Below the pieces are notes generated by a model that did no database searches, was not told the DNA's origin, and worked only from the letters and a program-made list of their open reading frames with translations. From Antedon mediterranea (lineage: Eukaryota; Animalia; Echinodermata), in contig NC_092671.1 in assembly GCF_964355755.1 (NCBI RefSeq), positions 21,469,317 to 21,533,316 on the forward strand: a stretch of DNA of 64,000 bases, given 5' to 3'. This document shows, in pieces, positions 1 to 10,200 of this stretch; the stretch's first letter is position 1, and every line of letters begins with the position of its first letter. Both the position numbers and the translations under genes were made by a program.

Positions 1-3000
1 ACTTGGTTACGCAAAAACATCAAAGTGCTTAAAATCACATTATAAACCGTTTTAGACCATTTTGAGCATATCGATAACACTTTTCACACAAAAACATCAA
101 AGAGCACAATATAGCTTAATATCTTATTTAAAAACGTTTTAGACCATTTTGAGCATTTCGACAAAACTTTTTCACACAAAACACCAAAGTGCTTAGAATA
201 GCTTCAAATCGCATTTGGAGACGTTTTAGACCATTTTGTGATTTTCGAAAAAACTTGTTAACATAAAAACATCAAAGTGCTAAGAATAGCTTCAAATCGC
301 ATTTGGAGACATTTTAGACCAATTAGTGATTTTCGAAAAAACTTGGTTACACAAAAACATCAAAGTGGTTAAAATCACATTATAAACCGTTTTAGACCAT
401 TTTGAGCATTTCGATAACACTTTTCACACAAAAACATCAAAGTGCTTAGAATAGCTTCAAATCGCATTTGGAGACGTTTTAGACCATTTTGTGATTTTCG
501 AAAAAAACTTTTTAACATAAAAACACCAAACTTCTAAGAATAGCTTCAAATCGCATATGGAGACAATTTAGACCATTTTGTGATTTTCGAAAAAACTTGT
601 TAACATAAAAACACCAAAGTGCTAAGAATAGCTTCAAATCGCATATGGAGACAATTTAGACCATTTTGTGATTTTCGAAAAAACTTGTTAACATAAAAAC
701 ACCAAAGTGCTTAGAATACCTTCAAATCGCATTTGGAGACGTTTAAGACCATTTTGTGATTTTCGAAAAAACTTGTTAACATAAAAACACCAAAGTGCTT
801 AGAATAGCTTCAAATCGCATTTGGAGACGTTTTAGACCAATTTGTGATTTTCGAAAAAACTTGGTTACACAAAAACATCAAAGTGGATAAAAGCACATTA
901 TAAACCGTTTTAGACCATTTTGAGCATTTCGATAACACATTTCACACAAAAACATCAAAGAGCACAAAATAGCTTAATATCGTATTTAAAAACGTTTTAA
1001 ACCATTTTGAGCATTTCGACAAAACTTTTTCACACAAAACACCAAAGTGTTTAGAAAAGCTTCAAATCGCATTTGGAGACGTTTTAGACCATTTTGGGAT
1101 TTTCGAAAAAACTTGTTAACATAAAAACACCAAAGTGCTTAGAATAGCTTCAAATCGCATTTGAAGACGTTTTAGACCATTTTGTAATTTTCGAAAAAAC
1201 TTGTTAACATAAAAACACCAAAATGTTTAGAATAGCTTCAAATCGCATTTGGAGACGTTTTAGACCATTTTGTGATTTTCGAAAAAACTTGTTAACACAA
1301 AAACACCAAAGTGATTAGAATAGCTTCAAATCGCATTTGGAGACGTTTTAGACCATTTTGTGATTTTCGAAAAAACTTGTTAACATAAAAACACCAAAGT
1401 GATTAGAATAGCTTCAAATCGCATTTGGAGACGTTTTAGACCATTTTGTGCATTTCGATGAAACTTGGTTACGCAAAAACATCAAAGTAATAATCACATT
1501 ATAAACAGTTTTAGACCATTTTGAGCATATCGATAAAACTTTTTACACAAAACACCAAAGTGCTTAGAATAGCTTCAAATCGCATTTGGAGACGTTTTAG
1601 ACCATTTTGTGATTTTCGACAAAACTTTTTCACACAAAACACCAAAGTGCTTAGAATACCTTCAAATCGCATTTGGAGACGTTTTAGACCATTTTGTGAT
1701 TTTCGAAAAAACTTGTTAACATAAAAACATCAAAGTGTACAGATTAGCTTCAAATCGCATTTGGAGACGTTTTAGACCATTTTGTGATTTTCGAAAAAAC
1801 TTGTTAACATAAAAACACCAAAGTGCTTAGAATAGCTTCAAATCGCATTAGGAGACGTTTTAGACCATTTTGTTATTTTCGAAAAAACTTGTTAACATAA
1901 AAACACCAAAATGTTTAGAATAGCTTCAAATCGCATTTGGAGACGTTTTAGACCATTTTGTGATTTTCGAAAAAACTTGTTAACATAAAAACACCAAAGT
2001 GCTTAGAATACCTTCAAATCGCATTTGGAGACATTTTAGACCATTTTGTGATTTTCGAAAAAACTTGTTAACATAAAAACACCAAAATGTTTAGAATAGC
2101 TTCAAATCGCATTTGGAGACGTTTTAGACCATTTTGTGATTTTCGAAAAAACTTGTTAACATAAAAACACCAAAGTGCTTAGAATACCTTCAAATCGCAT
2201 TTGGAGACATTTTAGACCATTTTGTGATTTTCGAAAAAACTTGTTAACATAAAAACATCAAAGTGCTAAGAATAGCTTCCAATCGCATTTGTAGACGTTT
2301 TAGACCATTTTGTGATTTTCGAAAACAACTTGTTAACATAAAAACACCAAAGTGCTTAGAATAGCTTCAAATCGCATTTGGAGACGTTTTAGACCATTTT
2401 GTGATTTTCGAAAAAACTTGTTAACATAAAAACATCAAAGTGCTAAGAATAGCTTCAAATCGAATTTGGAGACATTTTAGACCAATTAGTGATTTTCGAA
2501 AAAACTTGGTTACACAAAAACATCAAAGTGGTTAAAATCACATTATAAACCGTTTTAGACCATTTTGAGCATTTCGATAACACTTTTCACACAAAAACAT
2601 CAAAGTGCTTAGAATAGCTTCAAATCGCATTTGGAGACGTTTTAGACCATTTTGTGATTTTCGAAAAAAACTTTTTAACATAAAAACACCAAACTGCTAA
2701 GAATAGCTTCAAATCGCATATGGAGACAATTTAGACCATTTTGTGATTTTCGAAAAAACTTGTTAACATAAAAACACCAAAGTGCTTAGAATACCTTCAA
2801 ATCGCATTTGGAGACATTTTAGACCATTTTGTGATTTTCGAAAAAACTTGTTAACATAAAAACATCAAAGTGCTAAGAATAGCTTCCAATCGCATTTGGA
2901 GACGTTTTAGACCATTTTGTGATTTTCGAAAAAACTTGTTAACATAAAAACACCAAAGTGATTAGAATAGCTTCAAATCGCATTTGGAGACGTTTTAGAC

Positions 3001-3836
3001 CATTTTGTGCATTTCGATGAAACTTGGTTACGCAAAAACATCAAAGTGCTTAAAATCACATTATAAACCGTTTTAGACCATTTTGAGCATATCGATAACA
3101 CTTTTTACACAAAACACCAAAGTGCTTAGAATAGCTTCAAATCGCATTTGGAGACGTTTTAGACCATTTTGTGATTTTCGACAAAACTTTTTCACACAAA
3201 ACACCAAAGTGCTTAGAATACCTTCAAATCGCATTTGGAGACGTTTTAGACCATTTTGTGATTTTCGAAAAAACTTGTTAACATAAAAACATCAAAGTGT
3301 ACAGAATAGCTTCAAATCGCATTTGGAGACGTTTTAGACCATTTTGTGATTTTCGAAAAAACTTGTTAACATAAAAACACCAAAGTGCTTAGAATAGCTT
3401 CAAATCGCATTTGGAGACGTTTTAGACCATTTTGTGATTTTCGAAAAAACTTGTTAACATAAAAACACCAAAGTGCTTAGAATAGCTTCAAATCGCATTA
3501 GGAGACGTTTTAGACCATTTTGTGATTTTCGAAAAAACTTGTTAACATAAAAACACCAAAGTGCTTAGAATAGCTTCAAATCGCATTTGGAGACGTTTTA
3601 GACCATTTTGTGATTTTCGAAAAAACTTGTTAACATAAAAAAAACAAAGTTCTTAAAATAGCTTCAAATCGCATTTGGAGACGTTTTAGACCATTTTGTG
3701 ATTTTCGAAAAAACCTGTTAACATAAAAACACCAAAGTGTTTAGAAAAGCTTCAAATCGCATTTGGAGACGTTTTAGACCATTTTGGGATTTTCGAAAAA
3801 ACTTGTTAACATAAAAACACCAAAGTGCTTAGAATA

Positions 3837-3913
3837 TGGCCGAGCGGTTAAGGCAGGGGCGCCGTTTATCGTACCTAAAGAGCCAACAACAACATCGGCA
3901 AGGGTTCGAGGCC
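3837..3913 (+). promoter_or_regulatory. RNA Pol III type-2 internal promoter (A box 3837-3847, B box 3903-3913)
   Basis: Matches the TRGCNNARYGG and GGTTCGANNCC consensuses with a 55-nt spacer. The head TGGCCGAGCGGTTAAGGC is Ser/Leu-tRNA-like. Confidence 0.85.
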
Positions 3914-4189
3914 GACTCGCTCCTAGTTCTGGTGGTGGAACAAGTCTTCTCGGATAAGGACTATAAACCGTAGGTCCAGTGTACACAGTTATAACATGTG
4001 TGTACTTTAAAGAACCCAGTTCATTATTCGAAAAAGAGTAGGGGGTTACCCCGGTGAACTGGTTCACACAATAGCCTCTGTATCAGGGGGATTACCACCT
4101 ATCTGATAGGACAGTGATTAATTCACTATTGGTAATCCTTGGCCACAGTGCCTAAAGACATAAAATAAAATAAAAATAAATAAATAAAT
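3837..4189 (+). mobile_element. tRNA-derived SINE with Deu/Nin-like central domain, copy 1 (slightly 5'-truncated)
   Basis: Non-satellite, more GC-rich insert that splits the monomer at CTTAGAATA|GCTTC. A box TGGCCGAGCGG at 3837-3847 and B box GGTTCGAGGCC at 3903-3913. The central block GTCTTCTCGGATAAGGACTATAAACCGTAGGTCC...TAAAGAACCC...TTCGAAAAAGAGTAGGGG..CCCCGGTG resembles the Deu/Nin SINE core as recalled. It ends in a (TAAAA/TAAA)n tail, with a possible AATA TSD at 3833-3836 and 4190-4193. Confidence 0.92.
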
Positions 4190-4216
4190 AATAGCTTCAA
4201 ATCGCATTTGGAGACG

Positions 4217-4230
4217 TTTTAGACCATTTT
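4217..4230 (+). terminator. Candidate Pol III terminator (two T4 runs) supplied by the flanking satellite
   Basis: The SINE body has no T4 run on the + strand. The first TTTT is at 4217-4220 (GACGTTTTAG) and the second at 4227-4230. Use as a terminator is inferred. Confidence 0.4.
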
Positions 4231-7200
4231 GTAATTTTCAAAAAAACTTGTTAACATAAAAACACCAAAGTTCTTAGAATAGCTTCAAATCGCATTTGGA
4301 GACGTTTTAGACCATTTTGTGCATTTCGATGAAACTTGGTTACACAAAAACATCAAAGTGCTTAAAATCACATTATAAACCGTTTTAGACCATTTGAGCA
4401 TTTCGATAACACTTTTCACACAAAAACATCAAAGTTCACAATATAGCTTAATATCCTATTTAAAAACGTTTTAGACCATTTTGAGCATTTCGACAAAACT
4501 TTTTCACACAAAACACCAAAGTGCTTAGAATACCTTCAAATCGCATTTGGAGACGTTTTAGACAATTTTGTGATTTTCGAAAAAACTTGTTAACATAAAA
4601 ACACCAAAGTTTACAGAATAGCTTCAAATCGCATTTGGAGACGTTTTAGACAATTTTGTGATTTTCGAAAAAACTTGTTAACATAAAAACACCAAAGTGC
4701 TTAGAATAGCTTCAAATCGCATTGGGAGACGTTTTAGACCATTTTGTGATTTTCGAAAAAACTTGTTAACATAAAAACACCAAAGTGCTTAGAATAGCTT
4801 CAAATCGCATTTGGAGACGTTTTAGACCATTTTGTGATTTTCGAAAAAACTTGTTAACATAAAAACGCCAAAGTTCTTAAAATAGCTTCAAATCGCATTT
4901 GGAGACGTTTTAGACCATTTTGTGATTTTCGAAAAAACTTGTTAACATAAAAACACCAAAGTGTTTAGAAAAGCTTCAAATCGCATTTGGAGACGTTTTA
5001 GACCATTTTGGGATTTTTGAAAAAACTTGTTAACATAAAAACACCAAAGTGCTTAGAATAGCTTCAAATCGCATTTGGAGACGTTTTAGACCATTTTGTA
5101 ATTTTCAAAAAAACTTGTTAACATAAAAACACCAAAGTTCTTAGAATAGCTTCAAATCGCATTTGGAGACGTTTTAGACCATTTTGTGCATTTCGATAAA
5201 ACTTGGTTACACAAAAACATCAAAGTGCTTAAAATCACGTTATAAACCGTTTTAGACCATTTGAGCATTTCGATAACACTTTTCACACAAAAACATCAAA
5301 GGGCACAATATAGCTTAATATCCTATTTAAAAACGTTTTAGACCATTTTGAGCATTTCGACAAAACTTTTTCACACAAAACACCAAAGTGCTTAGAATAC
5401 CTTCAAATCGCATTTGGAGACGTTTTAGACAATTTTGTGATTTTCGAAAAAACTTAACATAAAAACATCAAAGTTTACAGAATAGCTTCAAATCGCTTTT
5501 GGAGACGTTTTAGACAATTTTGTGATTTTCGAAAAAACTTGTTAACATAAAAACACCAAAGTGCTTAGAATAGCTTCAAATCGCATTGGGAGACGTTTTA
5601 GACCATTTTGTGATTTTCGAAAAAACTTGTTAACATAAAAACATCAAAGTGTACAGAATAGCTTCAAATCGCATTTGGAGACGTTTTAGACCATTTTGTG
5701 ATTTTCGAAAAAACTTGTTAACATAAAAACACCAAAGTGCTTAGAATAGCTTCAAATCGCATTTGGAGACGTTTTAAACCATTTTGTGATTTTCGAAAAA
5801 ACTTGTTAACATAAAAACACCAAAATGTTTAGAATAGCTTCAAATCGCATTTGGAGACGTTTTAGACCATTTTGTGATTTTCGAAAAAACTTGTTAACAC
5901 AAAAACACCAAAGTGATTAGAATAGCTTCAAATCGCATTTGGAGACGTTTTAGACCATTTTGTGATTTTCGAAAAAACTTGTTAACATAAAAACACCAAA
6001 GTGATTAGAATAGCTTCAAATCGCATTTGGAGACGTTTTAGACCATTTTGTGCATTTCGATGAAACTTGGTTACGCAAAAACATCAAAGTGCTTAAAATC
6101 ACATTATAAACCGTTTTAGACCATTTTGAGCATATGGATAACACTTTTTACACAAAACACCAAAGTGCTTAGAATAGCTTCAAATCGCATTTGGAGACGT
6201 TTTAGACCATTTTGTGATTTTCGACAAAACTTTTTCACACAAAACACCAAAGTGCTTAGAATACCTTCAAATCGCATTTGGAGACGTTTTAGACCATTTT
6301 GTGATTTTCGAAAAAACTTGTTAACATAAAAACATCAAAATGTTTAGAATAGCTTCAAATCACATTTGGAGACGTTTTAGACCATTTTGTGATTTTCGAA
6401 AAAACTTGTTAACACAAAAACACCAAAGTGATTAGAATAGCTTCAAATCGCATTTGGAGACGTTTTAGACCAATTTGTGCATTTCGATGAAACTTGGTTA
6501 CGCAAAAACATCAAAGTGCTTAAAATCACATTATAAACCGTTTTAGACCATTTTGAGCATATCGATAACACTTTTCACACAAAAACATCAAAGAGCACAA
6601 TATAGCTTAATATCTTATTTAAAAACGTTTTAGACCATTTTGAGCATTTCGACAAAACTTTTTCACACAAAACACCAAAGTGCTTAGAATAGCTTCAAAT
6701 CGCATTTGGAGACGTTTTAGACCATTTTGTGATTTTCGAAAAAACTTGTTAACATAAAAACATCAAAGTGCTAAGAATAGCTTCAAATCGCATTTGGAGA
6801 CATTTTAGACCAATTAGTGATTTTCGAAAAAACTTGGTTACACAAAAACATCAAAGTGGTTAAAATCACATTATAAACCGTTTTAGACCATTTTGAGCAT
6901 TTCGATAACACTTTTCACACAAAAACATCAAAGTGCTTAGAATAGCTTCAAATCGCATTTGGAGACGTTTTAGACCATTTTGTGATTTTCGAAAAAAACT
7001 TTTTAACATAAAAACACCAAACTTCTAAGAATAGCTTCAAATCGCATATGGAGACAATTTAGACCATTTTGTGATTTTCGAAAAAACTTGTTAACATAAA
7101 AACACCAAAGTGCTAAGAATAGCTTCAAATCGCATATGGAGACAATTTAGACCATTTTGTGATTTTCGAAAAAACTTGGTTACACAAAAACATCAAAGTG

Positions 7201-10200
7201 GTTAAAATCACATTATAAACCGTTTTAGACCATTTTGAGCATTTCGATAACACTTTTCACACAAAAACATCAAAGTGCTTAGAATAGCTTCAAATCGCAT
7301 TTGGAGACGTTTTAGACCATTTTGTGATTTTCCAAAAAACTTGTTAACATAAAAACATCAAAGTGTACAGAATAGCTTCAAATCGCATTTGGAGACGTTT
7401 TAGACCATTTTGTGATTTTCGAAAAAACTTGTTAACATAAAAACACCAAAGTGCTTAGAATAGCTTCAAATCGCATTAGGAGACGTTTTAGACCATTTTG
7501 TGATTTTCGAAAAAACTTGTTAACATAAAAACACCAAAGTGCTTAGAATAGCTTCAAATCGCATTTGGAGACGTTTAAGACCATTTTGTGATTTTCGAAA
7601 AAACTTGTTAACATAAAAACACCAAAGTGCTTAGAATAGCTTCAAATCGCATTTGGAGACGTTTTAGACCAATTTGTGATTTTCGAAAAAACTTGGTTAC
7701 ACAAAAACATCAAAGTGGATAAAAGCACATTATAAACCGTTTTAGACCATTTTGAGCATTTCGATAACACATTTCACACAAAAACATCAAAGAGCACAAA
7801 ATAGCTTAATATCGTATTTAAAAACGTTTTAAACCATTTTGAGCATTTCGACAAAACTTTTTCACACAAAACACCAAAGTGTTTAGAAAAGCTTCAAATC
7901 GCATTTGGAGACGTTTTAGACCATTTTGGGATTTTCGAAAAAACTTGTTAACATAAAAACACCAAAGTGCTTAGAATAGCTTCAAATCGCATTTGAAGAC
8001 GTTTTAGACCATTTTGTAATTTTCGAAAAAACTTGTTAACATAAAAACACCAAAATGTTTAGAATAGCTTCAAATCGCATTTGGAGACGTTTTAGACCAT
8101 TTTGTGATTTTCGAAAAAACTTGTTAACACAAAAACACCAAAGTGATTAGAATAGCTTCAAATCGCATTTGGAGACGTTTTAGACCATTTTGTGATTTTC
8201 GAAAAAACTTGTTAACATAAAAACACCAAAGTGATTAGAATAGCTTCAAATCGCATTTGGAGACGTTTTAGACCATTTTGTGCATTTCGATGAAACTTGG
8301 TTACGCAAAAACATCAAAGTAATAATCACATTATAAACAGTTTTAGACCATTTTGAGCATATCGATAAAACTTTTTACACAAAACACCAAAGTGCTTAGA
8401 ATAGCTTCAAATCGCATTTGGAGACGTTTTAGACCATTTTGTGATTTTCGACAAAACTTTTTCACACAAAACACCAAAGTGCTTAGAATACCTTCAAATC
8501 GCATTTGGAGACGTTTTAGACCATTTTGTGATTTTCGAAAAAACTTGTTAACATAAAAACATCAAAGTGTACAGATTAGCTTCAAATCGCATTTGGAGAC
8601 GTTTTAGACCATTTTGTGATTTTCGAAAAAACTTGTTAACATAAAAACACCAAAGTGCTTAGAATAGCTTCAAATCGCATTAGGAGACGTTTTAGACCAT
8701 TTTGTTATTTTCGAAAAAACTTGTTAACATAAAAACACCAAAATGTTTAGAATAGCTTCAAATCGCATTTGGAGACGTTTTAGACCATTTTGTGATTTTC
8801 GAAAAAACTTGTTAACATAAAAACACCAAAGTGCTTAGAATACCTTCAAATCGCATTTGGAGACGTTTTAGACCATTTTGTGATTTTCCAAAAAACTTGT
8901 TAACATAAAAACATCAAAGTGTACAGAATAGCTTCAAATCGCATTTGGAGACGTTTTAGACCATTTTGTGATTTTCGAAAAAACTTGTTAACATAAAAAC
9001 ACCAAAGTGCTTAGAATAGCTTCAAATCGCATTAGGAGACGTTTTAGACCATTTTGTGATTTTCGAAAAAACTTGTTAACATAAAAACACCAAAGTGCTT
9101 AGAATAGCTTCAAATCGCATTTGGAGACGTTTTAGACCATTTTGTGATTTTCGAAAAAACTTGTTAACATAAAAACACCAAAATGTTTAGAATAGCTTCA
9201 AATCACATTTGGAGACGTTTTAGACCATTTTGTGATTTTCGAAAAAACTTGTTAACACAAAAACACCAAAGTGATTAGAATAGCTTCAAATCGCATTTGG
9301 AGACGTTTTAGACCAATTTGTGCATTTCGATGAAACTTGGTTACGCAAAAACATCAAAGTGCTTAAAATCACATTATAAACCGTTTTAGACCATTTTGAG
9401 CATATCGATAACACTTTTCACACAAAAACATCAAAGAGCACAATATAGCTTAATATCTTATTTAAAAACGTTTTAGACCATTTTGAGCATTTCGACAAAA
9501 CTTTTTCACACAAAACACCAAAGTGCTTAGAATAGCTTCAAATCGCATTTGGAGACGTTTTAGACCATTTTGTGATTTTCGAAAAAACTTTTTCACACAA
9601 AACACCAAAGTGCTTAGAATACCTTCAAATCGCATTTGGAGACGTTTTAGACCATTTTGTGATTTTCGAAAAAACTTGTTAACATAAAAACATCAAAGTG
9701 TACAGAATAGCTTCAAATCGCATTTGGAGACGTTTTAGACCATTTTGTGATTTTCGAAAAAACTTGTTAACATAAAAACACCAAAGTGCTTAGAATAGCT
9801 TCAAATCGCATTAGGAGACGTTTTAGACCATTTTGTGATTTTCGAAAAAACTTGTTAACACAAAAACACCAAAGTGCTTAGAATAGCTTCAAATCGCATT
9901 TGGAGACGTTTTAGACCATTTTGTGATTTTCGAAAAAACTTGTTAATATAAAAACACCAAAGTACTTAGAATAGCTTCAAATCGCATTTGGAGACGTTTT
10001 AAACCATTTTGTGATTTTCGAAAAAACTTGTTAACATAAAAACACCAAAATGTTTAGAATAGCTTCAAATCGCATTTGGAGACGTTTTAGACCATTTTGT
10101 GATTTTCGAAAAAACTTGTTAACACAAAAACACCAAAGTGATTAGAATAGCTTCAAATCGCATTTGGAGACGTTTTAGACCATTTTGTGCATTTCGATGA

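Noticed and set aside
331-348. CENP-B box-like TTCG....A..xxGG (TTCGAAAAAACTTGG)
   Set aside because: The essential CGGG half is absent. The partial match is expected by chance in this monomer.
3837-3923. Functional tRNA-Ser/Leu gene
   Set aside because: The 5' acceptor strand is missing, the T-stem is mismatched (AAGGG/CCGAC), no clear anticodon arm is present, and it continues into a SINE body and tail.
3774-4067. 97-aa minus-strand ORF (also 22491-22784 and 40689-40982)
   Set aside because: It is an antisense reading of the SINE running into satellite, with no recognisable domain. The + strand is fully explained by Pol III boxes, the SINE core and the tail.
4089-4138. Hammerhead ribozyme (three-way junction containing CTGA)
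   Set aside because: CTGATAG is not CUGANGA, it lies within a hairpin rather than the junction, and there is no GAAA core.
3837-4193. Insert length (353/357 bp) close to four monomers (352 bp), suggesting phase preservation
   Set aside because: It is a single event of typical SINE length, and the array phase is already broken by 75-87 bp monomers. It cannot be distinguished from coincidence.
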